Shown here: positions 19,903 to 28,063 of the stretch, in pieces
Layout of the letters: the number at the start of each line of letters is the position of its first letter
Numbering within the stretch: the first letter of the stretch is position 1
Source of the DNA: Escherichia coli
GTDB taxonomy: Bacteria; Pseudomonadota; Gammaproteobacteria; Enterobacterales; Enterobacteriaceae
Length of the DNA stretch: 39,407 nucleotides
Strand: one strand, 5' to 3'
Assembly: GCF_016903815.1 (NCBI RefSeq)
Contig: NZ_CP069970.1
The notes under the pieces: generated by a model
The model's database searches: none
The model's input: the letters and a program-made list of their open reading frames with translations, nothing else
Told to the model about the DNA's origin: nothing
Position numbers and translations under genes: made by a program

Positions 19903-21017
19903 GAACGTCATTAGTCACCCGTGAAGAGATGATCGAGGCAATTGAACAGCACACTGCCTGTATCAGTACCAGGGATATACCAGGCGTTATTGCCAACTAC
20001 TTCATGATCACCAAACAACTTTACCGGAGAAAGGACAAGAACGCGGTTCACCGTATCCTGTTGTCTGATATCCGCGAATACCTGCTCGAACAGGGTCATC
20101 TGAATTACGCAACCGCCGCAGCCGAAGCACGCAAGGAGGCACACAGAATGAAAGCAACTAACGTTAAATCAGAAAAAATTCATGCACCTTCAGTTCAAGA
20201 ATCGGAGCTGGTGGTTGTTCAGAATCAGTCTGATGAAATTCCCGTTCTGGAATGGCAGGGAGTGCGTGTAGTGACAACCGAGACTCTTGCTAGAGGGTAT
20301 GGGACAGAAACAATCCGTATTCGCCAAAATCATCATGAGAACAAAGTACGCTTTGTTGAAGGGAAGCACTTTTTCAAAGTTGAAGGAGAATCATTGCGCG
20401 AGTTGAAGCACAGAGTAGCTTTAAACTACTCTGTAAAAATTGCTCGCAATGTTCGCTCACTCACCCTCTGGACAGAACGCGGCGCAGCCCGCCACGCTAA
20501 AATGCTCGAAACCGATCAGGCATGGGCATTCTTTGAAAAACTGGAAGACAGCTACTTCCGACAAAAAGAACAGCAACCGATCGCAATCCCCCAGACGCTT
20601 CCTGAAGCCCTACGCCTGGCTGCCGAACTGGCTGAACAAAAGCAACTTCTGGAACAGAAAGCCCACCAGCTAAATCAGCAGCTGGTGGCCGCCGCTCCTA
20701 AAGTCGATTTTGCCGACCGGGTATCAGTAGCTAAAGGGATCCTGATTGGGAATTTTGCAAAGGTTGTTGGACTTAAACAAAACGCGCTGTTTGTCTGGTT
20801 ACGGGAGAACGGCATCCTGATAGCGTCCGGTGGACGTAAAAATGTGCCGTTCCAGCAGTACATCAACGCGGGGTATTTCACGGTGAAAGAAGTGGTGCTG
20901 GATGATGAAGATGGCTACCAGATACGGTTGACGCCTCAATTAACGGGTAAAGGCCAGCAGTGGTTGACGCGTAAACTGCTCGATGCTGGCTTGTTAAAAC
21001 CGGTGGCGGCTGAATAA
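19899..21017 (+). CDS. ant: antirepressor Ant (N-terminal ORF6N/KilA-N-like domain + C-terminal KilAC/ANT domain)
   Basis: 372 aa (~42 kDa) with an in-frame internal Met near aa 83 that would give a ~32 kDa product, like P1 Ant1/Ant2. LEWQGVRVVTTETLARGYG... is ORF6N-type; the C-terminal AAPKVDFADRVSVAKGILIGNFAKVVG... is ANT/KilAC-type. Confidence 0.7.
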   Translation: MRTSLVTREEMIEAIEQHTACISTRDIPGVIANYFMITKQLYRRKDKNAVHRILLSDIREYLLEQGHLNYATAAAEARKEAHRMKATNVKSEKIHAPSVQESELVVVQNQSDEIPVLEWQGVRVVTTETLARGYGTETIRIRQNHHENKVRFVEGKHFFKVEGESLRELKHRVALNYSVKIARNVRSLTLWTERGAARHAKMLETDQAWAFFEKLEDSYFRQKEQQPIAIPQTLPEALRLAAELAEQKQLLEQKAHQLNQQLVAAAPKVDFADRVSVAKGILIGNFAKVVGLKQNALFVWLRENGILIASGGRKNVPFQQYINAGYFTVKEVVLDDEDGYQIRLTPQLTGKGQQWLTRKLLDAGLLKPVAAE

Positions 21018-21049
21018 TGGAAGAATGCCCGGTTGATGCCGGGCATAAT

Positions 21050-21901
21050 TTATTGCGCGCTTTCGGGGTTGTCGTTTACTGGCTGCCCCTTCTTGGTTTT
21101 ACGGCTGCGCGTAACTGATGCGGCTGACTTAACCTTTTTCTCTTCGCGAGTGATGGCAATTTGTTTTTTTACATTTTCAATATCTGCCAGGCGATATATT
21201 TTTGCTTGCGGCCAGCGGTCGCAGATGATCGGTTCTATGGAGTCATAAAGGCTAAATTTTGCTTTTTCGAATTCACCGTTGATGATAATTCCATCACGGA
21301 GAGTTTCATCGCAGATAAACACGCCACACAGTGGCACATGGTAACTAACTGATTTACCATCATTGTAGTTAGGGCTACTGGAAATGTAGTGGACGCGCAG
21401 CATTGTTTCGCTAAAGCCGTGTACGCGCATACGGAATTTTTCATCCTCCGGGTACTGCTTCATTAGCTCTTTTGTTGCTTCCAGGTTCTCTATGTATTTC
21501 GCACTGTGCTCATTGATCCCCGCGCTTTTTTGGATGCGAATGTCCTTATCAATCAGATGAATAATGCGGCCAGCGGTCATGTTGACGCTGTTCACAGCTT
21601 CTGTCTGATAAGTTGTAACCTTACGCACACCGCGAAGGATGTTAGGCACTGGATATAAAATAGTCTTTGGGATATTGAGGTCTGGGTACTGTTCCAGTTC
21701 CCGCGCCATTAAAGTCCATTTATCAATTTCAGCCTGAATGCTGTCAGTTTCTTTGAACGGTAGAACGACAACCGGGCGTACAGGACGACCGTCGCTGGCT
21801 GTATCAACGTGTTGGGCGCGTGCAACAGCTTTTTTTAGAAAGAGATCCCTGAAGCTGACGAACTCCTGGTACAGTTGTTCGCCGTAGACATAATTTATCA
21901 T
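21050..21901 (-). CDS. c1: C1 repressor of lysis (primary immunity repressor)
   Basis: 283 aa, MINYVYGEQLYQEFVSFRDLFLKKAVARAQ..., recognised as P1 C1. Confidence 0.95.
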   Translation of the reverse strand: MINYVYGEQLYQEFVSFRDLFLKKAVARAQHVDTASDGRPVRPVVVLPFKETDSIQAEIDKWTLMARELEQYPDLNIPKTILYPVPNILRGVRKVTTYQTEAVNSVNMTAGRIIHLIDKDIRIQKSAGINEHSAKYIENLEATKELMKQYPEDEKFRMRVHGFSETMLRVHYISSSPNYNDGKSVSYHVPLCGVFICDETLRDGIIINGEFEKAKFSLYDSIEPIICDRWPQAKIYRLADIENVKKQIAITREEKKVKSAASVTRSRKTKKGQPVNDNPESAQ

Positions 21902-21995
21902 TGATCCTCCTCCAGAATTGACATGGTCAATAACGCCCGGCTGAGAAAACCGGTCATTACTGACCTATATTATAGAGGGATCAAACAAAAATAAT

Positions 21996-22012
21996 AGATT
22001 TATTAGTGCATT
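21996..22012 (-). promoter_or_regulatory. C1 operator-like site between c1 and coi
   Basis: AGATTTATTAGTGCATT is a 14/17 reverse-complement match to the operator consensus. Confidence 0.4.
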
Positions 22013-22221
22013 TATTGTGAGTCTAACTGGTTAGTTGCCATGAGATATTCGATTGTGTCAGTGAGGTCATCCAAGTCGTCTTGGGTGATGCGGTACTCCT
22101 GATTGGATATCTTTGAGTAGTGTTCAGCAATGGCGCGGGCAGCGTCGGTTTCGGCAGGGTCTACAGATAAAGCGTTAGAGCAATGTCTAACGTCGTCGAT
22201 GGTTGGTTGAATGAAAGCCAT
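22012..22221 (-). CDS. coi: Coi, C1 inactivator
   Basis: 69 aa, MAFIQPTIDDVRHCSNALSVDPAETDAARAIAEHY..., directly upstream of c1 on the same strand. Confidence 0.9.
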   Translation of the reverse strand: MAFIQPTIDDVRHCSNALSVDPAETDAARAIAEHYSKISNQEYRITQDDLDDLTDTIEYLMATNQLDSQ

Positions 22222-22459
22222 AATTATGCCTCACTGTATTGACAACACAGAGCCTGAAGCTCTGACCTACTGTTTCACCCATGATCCATGCTGGGGTAAT
22301 CTAACAACATTGCGCTGTGTGTAAGATGAGCAATGCATAGCTGTAATGCCGTTGTATAAGGTTTCCCTGTTTGCTCATTTCCTTCTGAGCCGCTCTACAA
22401 CGCTGAAGACACATTAAATAGTGAATCCAAAGTCGTATTACGTAACGGCGGCAAAACTA

Positions 22460-22476
22460 TAATTTATTAGAGCAAT
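22460..22476 (-). promoter_or_regulatory. C1 operator (Op99-type) upstream of the c1 operon
   Basis: The reverse complement reads ATTGCTCTAATAAATTA, a 16/17 match to consensus. Confidence 0.65.
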
Positions 22477-22542
22477 TGTCAAACAACTATGAAAAACAAT
22501 CCAGTTTTTAGCTGGTGGAGTGGGATTTTTCTCTCCAAATTT

Positions 22543-22559
22543 ATTGCTCTAATAATTCT
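22543..22559 (+). promoter_or_regulatory. C1 operator-like site next to loxP
   Basis: ATTGCTCTAATAATTCT, a 14/17 match. Confidence 0.5.
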
Positions 22560-22602
22560 TGATTTTTGTGCGCAGCTGGACGTAAACTCCTCTTCGGACC
22601 TG

Positions 22603-22636
22603 ATAACTTCGTATAGCATACATTATACGAAGTTAT
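22603..22636. other. loxP: loxP recombination site
   Basis: Exact 34-bp ATAACTTCGTATA-GCATACAT-TATACGAAGTTAT. Confidence 0.97.
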
Positions 22637-22817
22637 CTTAAGGGTTATTGAACATGATCAATTTACCTGTAAATCCATACAGTTCAATACCTTATCAGGT
22701 CAAATAGTGATCATTTGATCAAGGTTGCGCTACGTAAAATCTGCGAAATGTTGGCAGTGTTAGTGCTCCAGATTTCGCGTAGCGCACTTAGCACCACCAA
22801 TCAATCAGAGGTGAAAA

Positions 22818-23039
22818 ATGGGATATTCAGCTGCTAAAGTGTCCACTCATCTTGAGCTTGAGAAAAACCGTGGTTACTGGCGGGCAAAAGGGTTTGATCG
22901 TGATAGTTGTCAACTGTCATTATCGCGCGGTGAAGAGAAAATAGAACGCACGCGCGGTCGCTGGCGTTTCTATGACGAGAACCATAAACAGGTAAAGGCA
23001 GAGCCGATCCTGTACACTTTACTTAAAACCATTATCTGA
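22818..23039 (+). CDS. hypothetical small protein between loxP and cre
   Basis: 73-aa ORF with SD GAGGTG 5 nt before the ATG; no recognisable domain; lies in the cre promoter region with two GATC sites and an imperfect inverted repeat upstream. Confidence 0.25.
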   Translation: MGYSAAKVSTHLELEKNRGYWRAKGFDRDSCQLSLSRGEEKIERTRGRWRFYDENHKQVKAEPILYTLLKTII

Positions 23040-23046
23040 GTGTTAA

Positions 23047-24078
23047 ATGTCCAATTTACTGACCGTACACCAAAATTTGCCTGCATTACCGGTCGATGCA
23101 ACGAGTGATGAGGTTCGCAAGAACCTGATGGACATGTTCAGGGATCGCCAGGCGTTTTCTGAGCATACCTGGAAAATGCTTCTGTCCGTTTGCCGGTCGT
23201 GGGCGGCATGGTGCAAGTTGAATAACCGGAAATGGTTTCCCGCAGAACCTGAAGATGTTCGCGATTATCTTCTATATCTTCAGGCGCGCGGTCTGGCAGT
23301 AAAAACTATCCAGCAACATTTGGGCCAGCTAAACATGCTTCATCGTCGGTCCGGGCTGCCACGACCAAGTGACAGTAATGCTGTTTCACTGGTCATGCGA
23401 CGGATCCGAAAAGAAAACGTTGATGCCGGTGAACGTGCAAAACAGGCACTGGCGTTCGAACGCACTGATTTCGACCAGGTTCGTTCACTCATGGAAAATA
23501 GCGATCGCTGCCAGGATATACGTAATCTGGCATTTCTGGGGATTGCTTATAACACCCTATTACGTATAGCCGAAATTGCCAGGATCAGGGTTAAAGATAT
23601 CTCACGTACTGACGGTGGGAGAATGTTAATCCATATTGGCAGAACGAAAACGCTGGTTAGCACCGCAGGTGTAGAGAAGGCACTTAGCCTGGGGGTAACT
23701 AAACTGGTCGAGCGATGGATTTCTGTCTCTGGTGTGGCTGATGATCCGAATAACTACTTGTTTTGCCGTGTCAGAAAAAATGGTGTTGCCGCGCCATCTG
23801 CCACCAGCCAGCTATCAACTCGCGCCCTGGAAGGGATTTTTGAAGCAACTCATCGATTGATTTACGGCGCTAAGGATGACTCTGGTCAGAGATACCTGGC
23901 CTGGTCTGGACACAGTGCCCGTGTCGGAGCCGCGCGAGATATGGCCCGCGCCGGAGTTTCAATACCGGAGATCATGCAAGCTGGTGGCTGGACCAACGTA
24001 AATATTGTCATGAACTATATCCGTAACCTGGATAGTGAAACGGGGGCAATGGTGCGCCTGCTGGAAGATGGCGATTAG
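23047..24078 (+). CDS. cre: Cre site-specific tyrosine recombinase
   Basis: 343 aa, MSNLLTVHQNLPALPVDATSDEVRKNLMDMFRDRQAFSEHTWKMLLSVCRSWAAWCKLNN..., recognised as P1 Cre. Confidence 0.98.
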   Translation: MSNLLTVHQNLPALPVDATSDEVRKNLMDMFRDRQAFSEHTWKMLLSVCRSWAAWCKLNNRKWFPAEPEDVRDYLLYLQARGLAVKTIQQHLGQLNMLHRRSGLPRPSDSNAVSLVMRRIRKENVDAGERAKQALAFERTDFDQVRSLMENSDRCQDIRNLAFLGIAYNTLLRIAEIARIRVKDISRTDGGRMLIHIGRTKTLVSTAGVEKALSLGVTKLVERWISVSGVADDPNNYLFCRVRKNGVAAPSATSQLSTRALEGIFEATHRLIYGAKDDSGQRYLAWSGHSARVGAARDMARAGVSIPEIMQAGGWTNVNIVMNYIRNLDSETGAMVRLLEDGD

Positions 24079-24095
24079 CCGTTCATTTGCGCTTG

Positions 24096-24112
24096 ATTGC
24101 TCTAATCATTTG
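24096..24112 (+). promoter_or_regulatory. C1 operator-like site between cre and cra
   Basis: ATTGCTCTAATCATTTG, a 14/17 match. Confidence 0.5.
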
Positions 24113-24128
24113 ATATTTATGGTGACAC

Positions 24129-24440
24129 ATGCGGAAGGATTTCAAAATAGACGGAAAATATGTGGTGCTGTCTGTAAGCTCTCAAATTCAGTCACCATCT
24201 GTCATTGTCACCGTAAAGTTGAGCGATAGGATGCCTGATATCGACTCGATATCTGTTGCGTTCCCCGTTAAAAGTATGCGGAGTGCTGAACATTTTGTGA
24301 TGAATGCAACGGAGGAGGAAGCGCGGCGCGGGCTTACTAGAGTGATGGCGGAATTTGGCGAACTCCTGGGTAAGGTAAACAATGCCCTTTCAATCAGTTC
24401 AGCAAGATCCAAAGCGTTAACAGCTTCCATGATGAAATAA
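24129..24440 (+). CDS. cra: Cra (cre-associated function)
   Basis: 103-aa ORF immediately downstream of cre, as in P1. Confidence 0.6.
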   Translation: MRKDFKIDGKYVVLSVSSQIQSPSVIVTVKLSDRMPDIDSISVAFPVKSMRSAEHFVMNATEEEARRGLTRVMAEFGELLGKVNNALSISSARSKALTASMMK

Positions 24441-24571
24441 AAAAAGCCTGGCAAGGAGCCAGGCTGCACAAAAGAGCGGGTTTGTATTCCGCATCCAATC
24501 AATCAAGAAGGAGTATAGCACACAGGTACTGAAGTGAAAAAATGTGATTCGCGATTAACAAAATATCTACC

Positions 24572-24595
24572 ATTGCTCTAATTGATTGCTATAAT
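24572..24595 (+). promoter_or_regulatory. C1 operator ATTGCTCTAATTGATTG overlapping an extended -10 promoter (TGCTATAAT) for ref
   Basis: Operator-like 17-mer at 24572-24588; extended -10 TGnTATAAT at 24587-24595. Confidence 0.6.
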
Positions 24596-24655
24596 TAAGC
24601 CGCAGTTTTTGTCAACTACGAAGACGTTGCCATTACTTAACTCCTTGACATCATT

Positions 24656-24681
24656 GGCGGCCATTAGGCCGCCTTTTTTTT
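24656..24681 (+). terminator. leader hairpin GGCGGCC-ATTA-GGCCGCC followed by T8, 6 nt before the ref ATG
   Basis: Perfect 7-bp GC stem with a T8 run, placed between the C1-controlled promoter and the ref start. Confidence 0.45.
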
Positions 24682-24686
24682 GCCAT

Positions 24687-25247
24687 ATGAAAACAATCGA
24701 ACAAAAACTTGAACAGCGCCGCGAGTGGCAGAAGGCTGCCAGAGAACGAGCGATCGCTCGGCAACGGGAAAAGTTGGCTGACCCCGCTTGGCGAGAATCG
24801 CAATATCAGAAAATGCGGGATTCTATCGACCGCCGTATCGCTAAACAGAAAGAGCGCCCACCAGCCAGCAAAACGCGGAAAAGCGCGGTAAAAATAAAAT
24901 CTCGTGGCTTGAAGGGGAGAACACCAACGGCGGAGGAACGGCGCATCGCCAATGCTCTTGGCGCTCTCCCCTGCATTGCCTGCTACATGCATGGAGTAAT
25001 ATCTGAAGAGGTATCTCTGCACCATATCTCCGGTCGTACCGCGCCGGGTTGTCACAAAAAGCAATTGCCCCTTTGTAGATGGCACCACCAGCATGCAGCA
25101 CCGGCTGAAGTAAGAGAAAAATACCCCTGGCTGGTCCCTGTTCATGCCGATGGTGTGGTTGGAGGCAAGAAAGAATTCACCTTGCTGAACAAGTCAGAGA
25201 TGGAGTTGCTGGCTGACGCCTATGAGATGGCAAACATCATGCACTAA
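24687..25247 (+). CDS. ref: Ref, recombination enhancement function (HNH-type endonuclease)
   Basis: 186 aa from MKTIEQKLEQRREWQKAARER...; Cys/His cluster CIACYMHG...HH...CRWHH. The track ORF start at 24582 lies inside the operator and is rejected. Confidence 0.9.
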   Translation: MKTIEQKLEQRREWQKAARERAIARQREKLADPAWRESQYQKMRDSIDRRIAKQKERPPASKTRKSAVKIKSRGLKGRTPTAEERRIANALGALPCIACYMHGVISEEVSLHHISGRTAPGCHKKQLPLCRWHHQHAAPAEVREKYPWLVPVHADGVVGGKKEFTLLNKSEMELLADAYEMANIMH

Positions 25248-25397
25248 TAAATATATTATTTTTAATCTGAAATAATTGACAACTGACAAGTGACTTCAGT
25301 CAGAATCATCACATGCCCGGTACGGATGGATCCCTTTTCAAATATTCCATGGACGGCACAGTCTGAGTACCGGGCGCTACCTTCAGTTGTATTGCTA

Positions 25398-25424
25398 AGC
25401 CGCCGCTGGTGGCTTTTCTTTTTT
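25398..25424 (+). terminator. hairpin AGCCGCC-GCT-GGTGGCT followed by a T-rich run, ~10 nt before the next start codon
   Basis: 7-bp stem (one G-U) plus TTTCTTTTTT. Confidence 0.4.
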
Positions 25425-25436
25425 GTAGGGGGCGCT

Positions 25437-26078
25437 ATGGATAAGAAAATATGCGTTGTGTCGATGAGCGTCGGCAAACCGGCGTCAATGACTGCTGCAT
25501 GGATCAATAACGAGCTGATAATGGCTGAGCGGACCAGCTACCCTGAACGCCGCCGCGATATGGAACTCCAGCTGCTGCGCGAATTGCGAGAAAAAGAGGA
25601 AAAGGGTTTTATCGTGCTGGTGGAAGAGGAAAACAGCTTTATTACTGGTCGAGTTGGCCAGCGTGTAAGGTTGCGCGATCCCTTCATGAACGGCAGGCCG
25701 GTACTAATTGAGGCAATGCAGATTTATAAGGAGCTGGAACGCCAGAAAGCAATCAAGTTACCGCGCAAGGAATCCGGCAAATACATTCTCCACCAAAGCA
25801 TCTTCGATTCCGAACACGATAAAAAAGGCGATGAATTTTTCAACATCAACTGGAGCGAAATAACGACAGAGCATGTTCTGACGTTACTATGTTGCTTTGC
25901 GACGGAATACAACAACGTTGCCAGCGCCGACTACATCAGGGCAATGGCTGGAGAAGTTGAGGCCCGCCAAGAACCATCGTTACTAAGTCCACTGATTAAC
26001 ATAATTCTGGGCACCCAGATACTGGAACAAAAAAAAGTGCCGAAAGGGGTATTAACAGGCAAGCATAATTATTTTTAA
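25437..26078 (+). CDS. hypothetical protein in the P1 mat position
   Basis: ATG at 25437 preceded by GGGGG; 213 aa. The track ORF extends to an upstream GTG at 25290. No recognisable motif. Confidence 0.5.
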   Translation: MDKKICVVSMSVGKPASMTAAWINNELIMAERTSYPERRRDMELQLLRELREKEEKGFIVLVEEENSFITGRVGQRVRLRDPFMNGRPVLIEAMQIYKELERQKAIKLPRKESGKYILHQSIFDSEHDKKGDEFFNINWSEITTEHVLTLLCCFATEYNNVASADYIRAMAGEVEARQEPSLLSPLINIILGTQILEQKKVPKGVLTGKHNYF

Positions 26079-26171
26079 CAATTACATACAGTAATTTTGT
26101 GGTTACATTCTCCATTGATTTTCTAACCGCTTTATCATTAGATGTAACAGCATGTAAATCATTTAAAATGG

Positions 26172-27308
26172 ATGAAAGCAATGGGGAATGAAGTTTATCA
26201 AAGTCAAAAATGCAAGTTGAAATATTCAAAATCTCAAATTGATAGGGCTGCTCAATTGATAAGGCACGGGTGTAGTGACGAAGAAAGGCAGCAATCTATT
26301 GAAATGATACAAAATTTCCGTGAGCTGCATCTTTATCCATTAATGCTCATGAAAAATCATTTAGCAAGAGCAGCTGCTAAGGTTGACAAGGACAAAAAGA
26401 TTCTCGTTGCAAGAAGACTTAAGCGACTTTCTACCATAATAGATAAACTAGAGCGTCCTAGTCTTGATGGAGGCAGAACTAGCAATGCAATTAAATTAAC
26501 ACGGATGCAGGACGTTGGCGGATGTAGGGCCATTGTCAGAAACTTAGACCAGTTGATACAGCTAAAGGAACGTCTTTTAAAAAGCAAATCTGTTCATAGG
26601 ATTGTTAAAGAGTATGATTATCTTACTCCCAAAGACAGCGGCTATAGTGGAATCCACCTTGCATACAGTTGCTTCGATCAGAAAGAGGATCAATATCCGT
26701 GGCGAAAAACAAAGATTGAGATACAGTTAAGAACTCAATTGCAGCATGCTTGGGCTACCAGCCTTGAAATAATTGATACCCTTGAAGGTATCAAGCTGAA
26801 AACTTCAAGTGAAGGGCATCCAGAATGGAGACGATTTTTCTATCTAGCCGGATGTCTTGTAGCGCACGACGAAAAAGCCTGCACTCTTGATGAGCTAGTT
26901 GTATCTCAGTATGAAGGCGAGCTTAAAGAGCTGGAACGGACTTTATCTGTACGGAGGAAACTAAGCACATACACCATCGCCTTAAATTTAACTTCTGACG
27001 CGAATTTGATTAAGAAGTTGCCAAAAAATCATAAGGGGCATTACTTAGTAACAATGAGAAATGCAGAAAACAAGCCCAATACAAAAAACAAAAAAATGTT
27101 CCTAGTGTCTGTTCGCGCATTTAAAACAAAAGAAGCAGATGAAGCCCTTGAGGCCTTAAATAAAGACGATTCTAATCCTAATGTATTGATATCTGTTCTC
27201 GTTGCTACAGATAACATTAAGTCACTAAAAAAAGCCTACCCCAACTATTTTGGCTCAACAAACCAGTTTACAAAATTCTTAGATAAGCATCTTCGTAACG
27301 AAGGATAG
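26172..27308 (+). CDS. capRel: fused toxSAS (RelA/SpoT-like nucleotidyltransferase) with C-terminal extension; CapRel-like
   Basis: 378 aa. RelA/SpoT synthetase-fold motifs: DVGGCRAIV, DYLTPKDSGYSGIHL, IEIQLRTQLQHAWA. ~110-aa C-terminal extension without Cys. No separate small antitoxin ORF adjacent. AT-rich relative to flanks. Occupies the slot between the mat-position gene and lxc where P1 has res-mod. Confidence 0.7.
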   Translation: MKAMGNEVYQSQKCKLKYSKSQIDRAAQLIRHGCSDEERQQSIEMIQNFRELHLYPLMLMKNHLARAAAKVDKDKKILVARRLKRLSTIIDKLERPSLDGGRTSNAIKLTRMQDVGGCRAIVRNLDQLIQLKERLLKSKSVHRIVKEYDYLTPKDSGYSGIHLAYSCFDQKEDQYPWRKTKIEIQLRTQLQHAWATSLEIIDTLEGIKLKTSSEGHPEWRRFFYLAGCLVAHDEKACTLDELVVSQYEGELKELERTLSVRRKLSTYTIALNLTSDANLIKKLPKNHKGHYLVTMRNAENKPNTKNKKMFLVSVRAFKTKEADEALEALNKDDSNPNVLISVLVATDNIKSLKKAYPNYFGSTNQFTKFLDKHLRNEG

Positions 27309-27314
27309 TTGCTT

Positions 27315-27343
27315 AATTTTGCCCGGTAATTCCGGGCAAAATT
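27315..27343. terminator. bidirectional terminator AATTTTGCCCGG-TAATT-CCGGGCAAAATT between the toxSAS gene and lxc
   Basis: Perfect 11-12 bp inverted repeat flanked by A/T runs, between convergent genes. Confidence 0.7.
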
Positions 27344-27344
27344 G

Positions 27345-27593
27345 TCAATCTGCATTCAGGAGCAATGCGTTATCTATGATGATCTGCTCCCATTCTTCGA
27401 ATGCCCGATCGCGGACGCCCTGGGGAACACTGTTAGTTTTGAAATCGACCACCGTCCGCCATTTCCCGTCCGGGCGGTACATGCGCAGAGCTTTACTTCC
27501 CCCTTCCCTGCGCACCTCAACGTTATGCTTATCAGCAAACTCTTGTAATGCTCGTAGCGTCCCATGCTTTACTGTGTAGTATCGCTTTTTCAA
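27345..27593 (-). CDS. lxc: Lxc/Bof, C1 co-repressor
   Basis: 82 aa, MKKRYYTVKHGTLRALQEFADKHNVEVRREGG...; size and position match P1 lxc. Confidence 0.8.
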   Translation of the reverse strand: MKKRYYTVKHGTLRALQEFADKHNVEVRREGGSKALRMYRPDGKWRTVVDFKTNSVPQGVRDRAFEEWEQIIIDNALLLNAD

Positions 27594-28030
27594 GTTTTCT
27601 CTCCAGCCTGTGCCAAGGCTTCAACTTCCAAATCGTAAGACTCAAACTCATAGTCCTGGTCGTCAACTTCTTCAGGCACTGGCAGTAAATGCCAGGCTGA
27701 GTATATCTGACCATTATCAAAACGCTCCTGGCTGTAGAGCGTCGCGGCTATGAGTGTTAGCGCCGGGCGGTCATAACGGTAAATTTTGCGAACGTCACGG
27801 TCAACGAGACGACCGAAATTACCATAACCGCGCTCCAGTAATAATTTTTTAATTTCCGGCCAGTATGGGCCATAGCTGCGGTACAGGCGGGGATTTTTCA
27901 GTAATCGCCCGCGTAGCCCTGACAGGAAGAAATCAACGTATTCGTCTTCTGTCTTTCCTAACAATGCCGTACGCAGTACCGCCTCAAGATATGTTTTATT
28001 CGGTTTTATTGTATCAGATAGTGTGGCCAT
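27590..28030 (-). CDS. ulx: Ulx (upstream of lxc)
   Basis: 146-aa ORF between lxc and darB, as in P1. Confidence 0.7.
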   Translation of the reverse strand: MATLSDTIKPNKTYLEAVLRTALLGKTEDEYVDFFLSGLRGRLLKNPRLYRSYGPYWPEIKKLLLERGYGNFGRLVDRDVRKIYRYDRPALTLIAATLYSQERFDNGQIYSAWHLLPVPEEVDDQDYEFESYDLEVEALAQAGEKT

Positions 28031-28063
28031 ATTATGCGACGCCCGGCGAACCGGGCGCTCCTG

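Noticed and set aside
19453-19924. 149-aa and 136-aa track ORFs spanning the c4-like RNA and icd leader
   Set aside because: They start at GTG/TTG without an RBS and read through the structured RNA and the terminator-like hairpin; only the 73-aa portion from ATG 19681 with a perfect SD is retained, as icd.
22222-22460. imcA and imcB small ORFs upstream of coi
   Set aside because: Several short minus-strand ORFs (22-31 aa) are possible but none can be assigned confidently without reference sequences.
24582-24686. Longer 221-aa form of ref starting at TTG 24582
   Set aside because: The start lies inside the operator and -10 region, the extension would translate through the leader hairpin, and the 186-aa form from MKTIEQ matches the known Ref N-terminus.
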